Below the pieces are notes generated by a model. The model was not told the DNA's origin and ran no database searches. It saw nothing but the letters and a program-made list of their open reading frames with translations. This document shows, one piece after another, positions 1-13,619 of a stretch of DNA of 64,000 bases. A program made the translations under genes and the position numbers. Location of the stretch: assembly GCA_050084985.1 (NCBI GenBank), contig JBITNC010000002.1, forward strand, positions 12,152,001 to 12,216,000, given 5' to 3'. Numbering within the stretch: the first letter of the stretch is position 1; each line of letters begins with the position of its first letter. The stretch comes from Nageia nagi. Taxonomy: Eukaryota > Plantae > Pinophyta.

Positions 1-1430
1 CCTTTACACCTCTATGCTCTTTATCAACATGTTTGATGCAACTTCTAGGGCTCTATCAGCACATTTGATGCACATTCCTCCACAAGCCTGTATACTCAAC
101 TCTCTCTTAGCACATCGTTAAGCCTTGCATGTAGTCTCTGATTAATAGACTTGGCATGGTCATTATGGACTTCACTTATCAGAGAAGCCCTAAGTCTTTG
201 CCCTTAGCATCTCGTGAGGCCCTCCCTCCTTGGGCACCTCTCTCCTCCCTCATTTCCTTATTTTTTCGACCTTAAGATCTCATCTCGATAGTGTTGAGTG
301 AGAATAAAAGGGGAAAGGGTTAAGTGGCATGATATCTCTTCTCCTTTGTGTGTCCCCTATTTCTTGCATGGCTCCTGACCTTGCATTTATCTCCCTCTTC
401 TCTCACCTTGTGGCGATGACTAGTCATGCACCTCTCTCCTATTGAGCAGCTCCTCTTTCACTACAATTAACTAAGCAACCTTGATTATTGAATTTTCTTG
501 ATTTCTTACTCAAACTGTTGTGTGCAAGTTTTTTGCAATTCTTAACTCCTTAACGGACATTATTTTTTTCTTATGAGAGCACTCAAAACAAGCATTAAAT
601 GAGTCTTTAAGTAGAGTAGAGATATCAATTATGCCTTTAATACCTTACAGGAGGTATGGTAAGTCTCCTATTTATTATGTTTTATTTTTTCTCTCATTTA
701 TATTTTTTTCCTTTTATTTATTGAGGAGTTTTTTTTTTAATATGGAGTAATTTTTTACCTAACACTAAATTTTTTATGCCTTGATCAAAATTGTATTTGC
801 AATTCCCCTTGATGGTTACAAACATATCAATTTTACATAATTACTTAGGTAATGTTTTTTATAAAACTTGGCATTTTTTAGTCAAAATTCTAAAATAAAC
901 TAGCATAGTACTTTTTAATGCTATAGGGATAAATTTTAAGTAAAAAAGGGAAATTTTTTTTGAAAGTATTTACTTAAAATTTTAGATCTTTATGCAAACA
1001 TGATATGTCTATTGCTTAAGTTAATGATGCATGCTTAGAACCTTTTTTAATGCATGATTAAGACTTGATTTTTTAAGTTAATAATGCATGTTTAGGACTT
1101 AAATTTTTAAGTTAATGCTTAGGACTTAATTTTTTTAAGTTAATGATGCATATGACTTAAAATCCTTAAGATGCATGCTTCCTACTTATTAAGTATTTAT
1201 TCTTTATACAAAGTTAACTTATGAAAATTATGGAATTAATACATGCTTATGCTTAAGTATTTTTTCTTGCAAAGATAACTTGTGCAAATTTATGGACTTA
1301 TGTAAAGATGTCCTTTAAGGGTTGGTAAACAAAACCCATTGGACATTTAGGTTTCAAATTTTGAATGGATGATGTTTTTATTTATGCTCTTTTACTTTAT
1401 GTTTTGTATTTTGATTTATTTGCTTATACA

Positions 1431-2002
1431 AAGAAAAATACAAGCATTGAAATGAGAAACCTCCTAAAATGAATACATTCACACGTACATTTTGCAACAT
1501 GACTTATTTTGGAAGCCATGAGGTGAGGATAGGCAAACTAGAGCTTTTAAATTTGACAATCCAAATGGTGAAAAGTTTGTACTTCTCAATTGCTCCTAAG
1601 TCCTCTATTGGTCTGGACATAACTCCAATAGGTGGATAGGCATGTGTGTAGTGATACCACATGTTTGCACATCCATTTAAGGATTATTCTGATAGCTTAG
1701 GAGGATAACTTGAAACCTAATCAAGATTAATAATTTGTTCGATCCAATATGCATCATAACCTTAGAAAATAGTAGGTACTTTTTCTTGTGAGAGTATAAT
1801 ACTGACTAAGGTGAATTGGTTGAGGATTGGTAGTACTTGGTTTCCTCTTGTGTGGGCACCCAGGTGAAGACTTAATTTTAGATAAGAAAACAAGCTTCAA
1901 CAATGTCACTCTACATATACGGTTCTTGGTGATGATAAAAGTATTTGGGTACATAGGATATATGTTTGAGTTGTAAAATATTTGCACTTTGAATCAAATC
2001 AA
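1431..2002 (+). pseudogene. Decayed ~190-codon exon of unknown function upstream of gag (copy 1)
   Basis: Homologous to 18160-17599 on the minus strand. One frame reads NEYIHTYILQHDL..DNPNGEKFVLLNC..NSRYFFL.EYNTD.GELVEDW..ENKLQQCHST..LGDDKSIWVH..VVKYLHFESNQ with deamination-type stops. Followed by GTATGT(2003)...TGTAG(2096). Confidence 0.5.
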
Positions 2003-2099
2003 GTATGTCTTTATTAATTAAATGTAACATGTAAAACTTAATATATAATATTATTTATTGAATCACATGCTTATTATTTTTCATATTCTTATGTAGCAA

Positions 2100-5000
2100 A
2101 TGGAAGACTCTTTTTTACCCAAACACATTCTTGATGGTTTCAACTTTGGGATTTGAGAACCTTGAATGAGAGCTAAGTTGTAGGCAAGAAAGCTTTGGAA
2201 AATAATGAATGAGAACATTATACCTTCTATAGATAAGAAGACACTAGAGGCTTACAACACAAAGAATAATTTGGCAACCTCCATGATCTTCCATGTAGTG
2301 TCAGATGATGTGCTCTTGATGATTTTCTTTTTCAACCTTGACAAAAAAAGCTTGGGATAAACTTAAGCAAATCTACCTTAGTTCAATATTTTCAAGAAGG
2401 TTTACCATTCTCCAAAATTTACTTCAATCTCATCAAAATAAAGATGAAAATGTTACCATCTATTTGAACAAAATCATTGACCTAAAAATCCAACTTATTT
2501 CTTGTAGGTGCAATTGGATCAATGATGAGTTCATGGTCTTCATCATTATTCAAAGATTTTTCTCAAAGTTTGAAAATTTTATGATGATTATGGAAATAAG
2601 GCTTGATGATGAAGAAGAAGTCTTCTCCCTTAAGAACTTTTCTAGGCTGCTTTTGAAGCATGAGGAAACCCTTAACAAAAAAATGTTGATTTTTTTCTCC
2701 TAAGGATAATAATGTTGCTCTTGAAGCAACCAAAACTCTTTTCAAAAGAAGTTCAACCATTAAAAGAAATCTTATCCTTCTTCCTTCAAAAGGTTTGAGA
2801 AAAGAGGCAATGGAAACAATAGTAGTAGGAATGACAATAACAACCATTTCAAGTAAAGAGATGGAAAAGGCAAAACAAACAATCCATATCCTAAGGAAAT
2901 ATTTGATGGTAATTGTAACTATTGTGGTATCTAAGGTAATAAAGAAGTTGATTTCTACAAAAAGAAAAGAGAGAAAAATAATAAAGGTAATAAAAATGTA
3001 AAAAATTTCTAAACAAAGAAGAATATTCAAGCTGGTTTTGCTGTGGCACTCTACTCCACTTCTCACATCTTTTTATGTGATTAGATTGTTGACTCTAGTT
3101 GCACTAATCACCTATGTTTTAAAAAGAAAAAGTTTGATAACTTTCACAAGTATAGAAAAGATGCAATTATGATAGGTGATAACTCTATTCTTGAATTCCA
3201 AGGCATTGGAAGTGTGTTGATTCATAGAAAAGTTCTTAAAATATGCTCTATGTTCTTAAGCTTAGGATGAACCTTCTCTTCATGATTCAAGTTACTAGAA
3301 AAGGGCATTCATTTGAGTTCAACTCTCAATCTTGGTGCACGAAGAAAGGACTTACCACATTGATTAAAGGATCAATGAAAGATGATCTCTACATTATGGA
3401 TCAAATTCCATCAAAGATGTGTCTTGCTACAAGTGTGTGTTCTAGAGGCAATCTTTAGCACCAATGTTTAGGATACTTTAACCATAAGAGTATTCAAGTC
3501 ATGAAAGACTAAGAACTTATGAAAGGTTTGCCTTCAAGTTCTCCTTTAATTGGTCTATGTGAGAAATGCATTCTTGGTAAGATGCATAGACAAAAATTTA
3601 AAAAAAAAAAGGTAATAAGAGCATCTCAACCTGTTCAACTTATGCATTCAGATTTGATAGGTCCATTTTAGACTAAGTCATTTGGAGGAGCATCTTACAT
3701 CTTGACCTTCATTGATGACTTTAGTAGAATGACTTTTGGGTATTTACTTGAGTATAAAGATCAAACCTTTGAGAGTTTTAAGATTTTTAAGATCTTTGTT
3801 GAGAATCAAACTAACCTTAAAATCAAGATGTTGAGATCAAATAATGGGGGAGAATATAATAGCAATGAGTTCAATGACTATTGTGCTAAGTATGGAATTA
3901 AAATATAGTTTATGATTTCTTACATTCCTCAACAGAATGGTGTTACCAAAAGGAAAAATAAGATAATTATGGAGATGGCTAGATGCATGTTGGGTAATCT
4001 TCCTAATTTCTTATGAGATGAAGTAGTAAGTATTACTACTTATACCTTAAATAGGTGTCCCACAAAAGTTGTTCAAGGTAAAACTCCTCTTGAGGCATAG
4101 TCAAGAAGAAAACCTAACATTTCACACCTTAGGGTGTTTAGTTGTGAAGCATTCTCCTATATTATTTTTGAAAAAATGAAGAAGTTAGATAAAAAGGTTG
4201 AAAATGCATCTTTATGGGTTATGACAGTCAACATAAAGGCTATAGGCTCTACTCTCCATTCTACAAAGTCATGTTTATTTTAAAGGATGTAAAGTTCAAT
4301 GAAGTTCTTGAAAAATATAATTCTAATGAGGATGTTGATGATCTAGAGGAATCTTCAGTTACACCTAGCTGGTTAGATATTGATGTAGATAAGTCACCTC
4401 AGGAACAAAACTCTCCAACTCAAAGGGTAACAAGGAGTATGACCTTGAACAAATTCTTATTTTCTAAAATTGACAATAAGCATGAGCCTTTATCATTCAA
4501 ACAAGCTTCAAAGAATGAGTGCTAGATGGAAGCCATGAAAATGGAGTATGAGGTGCTTATGAAAAATAAAACTTGGGATTTGGTTCCTTATCTCAATGAG
4601 AAGAATGTGATTAGCAATAAGTGGATCTACAAGGTCAAGTTCAATTCTATTAGGGATATTAAAAAATACAAGGCAAAGTTAGTAGCCAAAGGATTTTCTT
4701 AGAAATACGGTGTAGATTATGAGAAAAAATTTTCTCTTATGGCAAAGATGCCTACTGTGAGAATTATCCTTGCTCTTTTTGTAGCTTAAGGATGAAAATT
4801 TTTTCAACTTGATGTCAAAAGTGCATTCCTAAATGGTGACTTAGATGTGGTAATTTTCATGAATCAATTAGAAGGGTTTATTATGGAAGGTAAAGAATCC
4901 TTTGTGTGCAAGTTAAAGAAGTCATTATATGGACTTAAGCAAGCACCTAAAGCTTGGTATAAGAATATTTCAAGGTATTTTTGCAAATATTGGATTCTCC

Positions 5001-6520
5001 AAGTATTTTTCTAACTCTGATTTATATGTGCTCACTCAAGAAAAAGATGTGGTCTTGATTCTCCTTTATGCAGATTATCTTTTGATTATTAGGAATAATG
5101 ATGAAATCATTCAAGAGTGCATATCAAAACTTAAGGTAACATTTAAAATGACTGATTTTGATCTTTTGCACTACTATTTTGGAATACAAATTCATCAATA
5201 CAAGGATTTTACTTATCTTAATCAAACTAAGTATATATCAGACATCTTACAAAAGTTTGAAATGAAGGAGTGTAGATACGTGACATCTTGCAAAAGTTTT
5301 TCAACTTGATGTCAAGAGTGCTTTTCTCAATGGTGATTTAAATGTAGAAATGTATATGATCCAATTAGAAGGTTTTGTTGTGGAAGGCAAAGAATCTCTT
5401 ATTTGTAAGTTAAAAAAGTCTTTGTATGGACTTAAGCAAGCACCTCAAGCCTAGTACAAAAAGATTTTAAGATACTTTAAGGACATTGGATTTGCTAAAT
5501 GCTTCTCTGACATAGATCTTTATGTGCTCAACCAAGGAAAAGATTTGATCTTGATTCTTTTCTATGTGGATGATCTATTGATTATAAGGAATAATATTTC
5601 CCTCACACAAGAGTGCATATCCAAACTCAAGGCAACTTTTGAAATGACAGACCTTGGTATATTGCATTACTACCTTGTATATAAGTTTACCAATACAAGG
5701 ATTGTACTTATCTTAGTCAATCTAAGTATATATCAAATACCTTGCAAAATTTTAGAATGGAGGAATGCAAACCTACTACAATCCCAGTCTCTCATGGAAT
5801 CACTTTATCTCTTAGTTCTAACTCTCAGTTGGTAGATGCTATGGCTTATACGAAACTAATTGGTAGTCTTATTTATTTGACTATATCCAAGCTGAATATT
5901 ACCTTTACCATGAATTTGATGTCTTGCTTGATACAAAAGCCATATGTTGAGCACCTTAATGTAGTTAAGCAAATTTTGAAGTGTGTTATGGGCACTAAGA
6001 ATCTTGCTCTCAAGTATGACAAGTTACCCTTATTTGTTCTCTTAGTATTCTCAAACTCTGACTATGAGGGAGATAGAGATGATTAAAAATCAACATCTTC
6101 TTATGTGTTTAGTATTATTTTAGGTGCTATCTCTTGGATTTTCAAGAAGCAACCTACTACTATTCTCTCCACCATAAAGGCTGAATATTATGCAATGTCA
6201 TTTGTAGCCTAAGAAGCCATTTGGTTGAGGATCTTCTAAAAAATATTAGGTATGAGCAAGTTTTTCCATCTCAAATTTCTTTAGATAATCACTCAGCTAT
6301 TGCTTTGGCAAAGAATCCTACTTTCCATTAAAGAACAAAGCACGTAGAAATCCAAGCCCACTTCATTAGAGAGAAGGTTTTGGATGGTCTTCTACACTTA
6401 CAATATTATCCATCAATCCTAAACTCTGCTGATTTTTTCACCAAGCCCCTTTCTAAAGCTCAATTTTGTACGCTTAGGGGTTCTATTGGGTTGGTGAATT
6501 TGCTTTCAAAAAGGGAGTAA
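2100..6520 (+). pseudogene. copia gag-protease-integrase-RT-RNaseH pseudogene
   Basis: ATG at 2100 (MEDSFLPKHILDGFNF). Protease IVDSSCTNHLC, integrase [36 protein letters not shown] and FYVDDLLI, RNaseH RTKHVEIQAHFIREK..ADFFTKPL. Many stops and frameshifts. Confidence 0.93.
4800..5770 (+). repeat. Diverged tandem duplication (~497-bp period) of the RT core
   Basis: TTTTCAACTTGATGTCAA(A/G)AGTGC at ~4801 and ~5298. Both units run through the YxDD-like motif to M(K/E)EC. Confidence 0.88.
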
Positions 6521-7567
6521 AGGTTGAATTCTTGTTGAATCCATTATAACATCTTCTGTATTAATAAAGTTGTTAGGCACTTTATTTTTTTATTTATATA
6601 CCTTACTTATACATTATTTTTTGGTGATTATAAGTAATATTTTGACATCTTAGTGATGACTTATAATGCAACACAAATCTAAGCACATTATATCAGGGAG
6701 AAAGTTCTTGATGGAACAACTACAAATCTGTCCATTTGAATTTGACTCTTTTGATTTATTCATTAGATCATTTTAGAAACTTTATTTTGTACACTTTGAA
6801 AGTTTCTTATAGTTGGTGAAGTTGTCCTCAAGAGGTAGTGAAGTTTGAATTCTTGTGTTGAATTTATGTCAAATGTGATGATAACTTCATCCCTAGGAGG
6901 ATATTTTATTGTATAATGTTGATCTTAAATGTACACCTTTATGATCATTTCACTCCATGTGAGGAAATCATGGTACATTTTGGTTTTGTTATCACTATGT
7001 GAGGAATTAGTATGTGTTTGTTAGCACTATTTGGTTATCCATATATGAGTAATTAATATGTGCATATGCTCTTTTTTTTATTGTTCATCAACACATGTTT
7101 CCAATATACAATAGATGACTATGAGTATTGGCTTGGCATCTTTATGATGATTTATAGTGCATCATTGATTAGTTTATGGATGGAATTACTTAGTTCATTT
7201 ATCTTGTGATTGATATGAATGTTTATATGGTGCATCTAATTAACCTTATTTGTGAGCTACTTGTAGCTTGTAGCTTTCATCTTGAGAAAGTAGGTTACTT
7301 ACTTTGGGTAGATAGGCTCATGGATGCTCACATGTCAAATTCATGATTGATCAACTATACTTACAATGAAATCAATTATGGTTAATGATTGTATTGTAAA
7401 CCATTTTATAAAATGGTATTGTATTGAGTCTCAAACTATGATCTTGCTTATTACTCAAAGATGTAAAAGTTCTCATCTCTACTTGTATCTCTATGGAGAA
7501 GAACTCTCTCTTACTCTCTCTTTCTTCTTTTCTCTATGCTATATCCCAATATTACATTAAGGGGGAC

Positions 7568-8040
7568 TATTAGAATTTGTAATGTAATATTGTGTAATAT
7601 TTCTCTTTAATGTAAATTCATTTAATGCTTAAAGTATCTTTAGATAGCTTAAAATATTAAGAGAATAAAAATAAAAAAATTATTAAAAATAGGTAAAGGA
7701 TTAAATATAGAAAAGAGATTAAATATAGAAATATCTTTAACCTTACCATTGGGTTAAAGGGAGGTTAAAGGGTGGGTTTCTTCTTATAAATAGAGAGGTA
7801 CCCTTCCTCTCATGGTACATGCAATATTGGAAGCAAGCTTTGCTATAGGTTTAAAGTTTGGAGAGAGAGGATAAATTCTATAAGAGAGGTCCTTGAAAAT
7901 AAGAAGATCTTAGTTAATGGACGTACTCCCAAGGAGGGAGGAACCACTTTATATCTTGTGTTATTTGTGAGATTAGTTTAAGTTATTGTGTTGATGTTGT
8001 AAGTGCCTTATTGAGATCGTGGTAGACTAAGAATTAATTC
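7568..8040 (+). repeat. 3' LTR of copia copy 1
   Basis: Begins T(A<G)TTAGA directly after the PPT. TATAAATAG near 7785. Shares GTACTC..GGAGGAACCACTT and TTGTGAGATT blocks with the 20476-20977 LTR. Right end uncertain. Confidence 0.7.
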
Positions 8041-9639
8041 TAAAAGGGTTAATTCAATTAGTTACTTCAGAATATGGTTAAAAATTTTGCAAAGTTGAAG
8101 GTTATCTAGAATTTTATTGCAAGAAAAAAATTAGAATTGGGAGAGAGTTATCATTTAACATAGAAACTAACTTTGAAATTGGAGATTAAGTTGGATCTTT
8201 TGGAGGAGAGACTAATGCTAAAAACTTAATTAGTACCTAAAGCAGATAGATGTATTTTTTAGAGTACAAAAGATTGAAAATGATAAGATTGAATTGAAGT
8301 AGCTACTCTTGTTAACCACTTTCTCTTTCTAAAGGAAAAGGGGATAACAAGAGATTTATGATTCTCCTTTTTATATGAAGTGACCCTTAATAAGTATCAT
8401 GGGTTTCTTTGGATGTGTAAAACAACTTATGATATTTTTCTTATCAATAATTCTTACTTAGCACATAGACGCTTGAAAATGGCACCTTTTATCCTCTAAT
8501 TGATTTAATTCATTAATTAACCCTCATTTCATTATAATAATCACTTAAACATATCTCATCATACTAATCTATCTTAGTTCAAATTAAAAATATATTTAAC
8601 ATCCTAATCACTCATTTAATGAAGTTTCTACCCTCTAAAACATATAAAATATATCTTATCACTACCAACTTCATCATTAACTCCTCTAATCAATTTGAGT
8701 TGTTAGATGCAAAATATTATATGGTATTTCTTCTCAATATGTGTCAAAGCATGGGGCTCTCATCCTAGCCCTTTGTTTCACATTCTTAATTAGCAATCCT
8801 CATCATTTTAAACTAATTGTAGACAACCAAAAATTACACATTTTGAGCAATTATGGATATTTAAGCATAAGGTCAAAAATATGATCAAAACTATTAAATT
8901 TGGTTAAAATCATAAAAATTTACAGTTGATTAACTAATTGACTAATCGACCTGTCAATGTTGAGAGGTTTATGATTGACTTATAGATCAAAAATAGGAAA
9001 ACTATGAAAGGATATTAATTACCTCATTTTTCATATCATGCACATTTGGTCTTGAGATTTTGAACTTCTTTCTAAGTTTTACAAAGCACATATCCAAGTA
9101 TGTTGAACATTCTAGTACTTTATCACATATTTATTAGGGTTTTACAATAAACCCACTCTTTCATGAGCTACATCAAAGGTTATCACCCCACTTTAAGGTG
9201 GAATGAGATATAATCCTTGTGATTTATTAAATTTTATACATGAATATTTATTATTTTAGGTTCTTGTAGTTCTTGAGCATCATTTGGAGTATAGTAGGAG
9301 CTATTGTATCCACCACTTATCATAGATTTGATCTATATTGCATTTGTGCACACATATAAGCATCCTTATTTTGGGCTTTTTCTAGTTTTTTTACTTGTTC
9401 CTTCATGGTCTTTTTGAGCTCTTCACTTTCTCCCCCTTTATTGGCCAAGTTGTTTTTTATATCCATATTTTCTACCTAATGGTTCACAAACTTCAAGTTT
9501 AATTCTTTGAGGTCCTCCTTCAACTTAGTTGTATGTAAAATAATATTTCATTAGTACACCTTCCTTATATTTTCTTGATTTATTTTATTTGAATCAAATT
9601 ATAAAGGGTACATATTTATTTTTCAATTAGGTGGCTAGA

Positions 9640-11740
9640 TTAGGAAATAGGGACACACCTTGTTCTTCTTCTTCATCATCTTCACTTTCATCTCTCACCT
9701 TTTCATCTTCACCCTCCTCTTCTTCAACCTCTTTTTGTGTATATTCCTATGGCTCTCCTTCCATGGCATTTGTAGGATCTTCCTCATCATAGATACCAAG
9801 GAGATGGATTTGAGCATTCATCCACTAATCAATGTATTCTTGGTCAAATGCAAGTCCTTCCTCTTCACCACTCACTCTATAATACATCCTCCTAATAAGG
9901 TATCCAATTGGTAGTTCAATTCAGAGTCACCTCAAGCAGGTTAGGACCCCATGCACATCTCTTGTAGGACCACACAATACATTTTGATGGATCAAGTACA
10001 TAATTCAACATTATAAGAATAAAAAGTAAAATCTAAAACTTTTATCTTAGAAGATACTTTAGGAACATGAATATCAAATTATGCTTCTCAGATACCACAA
10101 TGTTAATGCTAGAAGGTTTGTACAAGTTTTCAGGTATATGATAGTATGAAAGACCTAGAGGCATGCCTCCAAGTAGCTATGTGTGAAGTTCTTTAACCTT
10201 TTATCTCATTTATTTGCATAAGTAATTTTATATTATCATGTTACTTATGACATCTTGCTCCAAGATTTATATTTTCATACTTGATAATATGTCATGATGT
10301 GTTTTATATTTTATCATGCTATCTAATATTCCTTTGTTGGTTGGGGAATTAATATTCACCTATCCTTGATATCCTTTTACATTGGTCGAGTTATAAATCA
10401 ACCATTAATATTCATGAATGAGACATTTAGTTCCACCATGACAACATATTCTAAGAATGGGGCACTATATATTATTATGATGATAATATATATATATGCA
10501 TTTTTATGATATCATACTTTCATCTATGTTTGAACAATAATATATCTTTTGAATGATAAATGTGAACATGTCTAGGAATAGGGCATTATATTTTTCTATG
10601 AAAACATTTTTCTATGAATAGGCAATTGAGTGTTTCCATGATGAAATGATTATGCTATTATCTATTATGATAATGTCATCTTTTCTCTTGCTAATTATGT
10701 ATCTTAATGATATGAATTTGTATATGCTCTTTATAGATGTTGTTCTCATTACAGGTTCTTTGTATTTGATTACATTGGAATGTCATACATACTCCTCCCA
10801 TAATCAACACAAAGAGGTGGCATAATACATCATCAAAAATTGTTGATTCAAAGCTTCATTGAAATAAATAAGTTTCTTTATCCTTTCGTTCCTTTGCAAC
10901 AATAATTACATTTCATTTCGATAAAATTACAAAGGGGAAGATCGTTGACATTTAATTTTGATACCTAATATCATAATTATCCCTCATATTACTTAATTGA
11001 TGATATGATCTATTTTATTTTTATATCTTATATTATGATCATTTAAGATGACTTTTGTGCTCTTCTAATGTTGTTTCTATTTTTGTGTCCAAGGACCCTA
11101 GCATCAATGCTCTATTGTAAGTGTGAATTGTAGTGGTTCTCTCATATATAAAAGGAGGTAAGATAACATGATGAGACTACAAGATTCACACTCAATTATT
11201 AAAAAAACTAAGATGTCTCAATATTTCCTATCAAGATTAGGATCTAGTTATCACATAAGAATCTGTTATTCATTTTTTTCTATATAGATTAATCTTATCA
11301 CATTTTCTATACTATTGGGAATCTAGATCACGTCTAACTTACAGGGAGAATATCCTCAACATCATTCATAGTGTTTGTGTTGCACTAGGTGTCTATGCTA
11401 GTATATGGTACTATCCTTACTACTAGATCTTACATTCCAAGGTTCCACATTTGTGACAAGTCTGATTTGAGCACATGAACAATTTTCTAGGTAAGGTAAT
11501 AAGTATTTATCTCATGTCTCATAGGTTCTAAATATGATTCAATAGTCTAAGTATCATTATTGTTGATTTTCATTTCTATAATAGTTTAAATCATTCTCTA
11601 TTGTTCATACATAGTTAATTTCTAGGATACACAAGTTCATTTGATAGTAATTGCCTATATTATTGTCACATGTTTATCCATAATTAGCTTAGAGGGCTAA
11701 TTTTAAATATTTATAAGCATATTGATTCAATTCAACAAGA
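9640..11740 (+). mobile_element. Old LTR-retrotransposon 3' relic (antisense acidic ORF, PPT, LTR-like stretch)
   Basis: AAAGGGGAAGAT-CGTTGAC at 10931-10949 resembles a PPT plus LTR start. The minus strand near 9660-9760 encodes EVEEEEGEDEKVRDESEDDEEEQG. Confidence 0.4.
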
Positions 11741-11810
11741 ATATTATATAAGAAAATATTTGTTATATTCTTTTTTGTAAGGGTACAATCAATTGCACAC
11801 CATATGTTTT

Positions 11811-12377
11811 TTAAACAATTAACTTATCTAACATTTTGTTTCCCCCTTGTTTACATGCCATTAAATATAAGAGCTCAAGGGGTTGTGGAATGTTGCATTT
11901 GAAATGATTGCGAAAGAGAACCTTCAATTCTGTACATGATATGATAGATCTAAGCTCTAAAGTATGAAATAATTTCCTTACTTCTCCAATCAAGATGTGT
12001 GGAAAATACTAGGACTTGAGATTTTCATTAATTCCACTATGCAACAATGGACTCAAACCCTTGAATGGATGAATTAGGATCTCATTCACCATTGAACTTC
12101 TCTAATTTTGGATCAAGTTGATTTTAGAACAACATTGTGTATCTCTCCATATAAGGGGTTTCCACTTTCTTAATTAGGCATGGATCTATCTTTAAAAATA
12201 ATCCCTTGCATATCTTAGACTTATTTCATGAGCTCTTCCAATTGAGTAATAGGTACTTGACTTGTTGTAATAGATTCTAAAGGTGGGGTAGTTTCTTTAT
12301 GAAAACCATCATAAAAACAAATTCCAATAAGTTGTTTATTGCTAATATTCTTAACCATTCATGAACTTCTACATCCA
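11811..12377 (-). pseudogene. Ty3/gypsy gag (Retrotrans_gag-like) relic; target of the copia copy 2 insertion
   Basis: PKLEKFNGE.DP and YFPHILIGEVRKLFHTLELRSIISCTELKVLFRNHF match the gypsy gag pattern. Confidence 0.6.
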
Positions 12378-12880
12378 TGTGAGAGTTGCAATATAAACTA
12401 AAAAACTCTATACTACCAAGATCTTATGAAAGCACACAATTCACATTTAAATAACTCTAAGAAGACAATCTCACAAAGATAACTCAAGATAAAAGTGGTT
12501 CCTCCAACTAGGGGTACATCCACTAACTAGATCTCACTTCATTCACAAATATTAACTCTTACAATTCTCCTATTCTCATATCTTAAACACTATCCTCTAG
12601 CATAACTTTACTCCATAAATTGGTGTGTGATACAAAAAGGAAGTCTTATATTTATAAGAAAAAAATTCCTCTTTGGATCATCCTTTTACCCAATGGATAA
12701 AGATATGACATGCAACACCCTTTTACCCAAGGGGCATGCTCATGACATGGAGTGTAGGACAAGTTATATTATCATATTCACTTAAATACTTAAAGTATCT
12801 ATTAATAACCTTAAGTATTAGTGAATTTACAAAGATGATTATTATAAAATCTTTACAATAATGCATTATACGTGCCAACG
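12378..12880 (-). repeat. 3' LTR of copia copy 2
   Basis: Direct repeat of 20476-20977, about 90% identical by manual count. Confidence 0.95.
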
Positions 12881-13619
12881 CTTCCTTTTAATGCAATATT
12901 GAGATAGAACGAATAAGAGAGAAGAAGAAGAGAGAGTAAGAGAGTTCTCCTCCAAACATATACAATCGAAGATGAGAACTTTTTACATATTTGTAAAGTA
13001 AGTAAGATCTAGTTTAAGACTTACTATTTACCATTTTAGCAAATGGTTTACAATACAATCATTAACTACAACTGATTTTAATCTACATAAAGTAACCATC
13101 CAACTAGAAGTCATGATGAGTCTCTGTAAGCCTACACACTCAAAGTAAGTACCTGCAATTTCAAAAGAACCTGCAAGTCATAAGTAACTCATATAATAAG
13201 ATCAGTTAGATGCAACTTATTCATATCAACAAGGATAGATGAATCAAACAAATGCCATCATAAAATAATCAATGATGCACTATAAGTCATCACAAAGATG
13301 CCAAGCTAAAACTCATAGTCACCTACTGTATTAAAAAATATGTGTTAATTATCATTACAAAATAGAGCATAACAAAATGCACATATGAGTGCCTCACATA
13401 TGGATAATTGAATAGTACCAAAAGACACATATGAGTTTCTCACACATGGATAACTGAATAGTGCTAGATTGATCAATTTTTTACTCTAAAAGTTTGTACA
13501 ATAATTTTCTCATGCAAAGTGAACTTACCATGAAAGTGTATAACAAAATCAACACTATACAACATAAAATCCTCTTAAGGGTGAAGTTGTCATCCTAAAC
13601 ATGAATTCAACACAAAAAT

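Larger units (their letters stand above)
1..8040 (+). mobile_element. Degenerate Ty1/copia LTR retrotransposon, copy 1 (5' LTR probably upstream of the window)
   Basis: Decayed gag-pol at 2100-6520 in copia order. PPT AAGGGGGAC at 7559-7567 is followed by an LTR sharing motifs with the LTRs at 12378 and 20476. The internal region is collinear with the reverse complement of 12880-18330. Confidence 0.9.

Noticed and set aside
2563-3066. Hydrophobic env-like ORFs (also 16473-16814 and 9660-9914)
   Set aside because: Antisense of Lys/Asn/Glu-rich coding sequence, which reads as Phe/Ile/Leu-rich.
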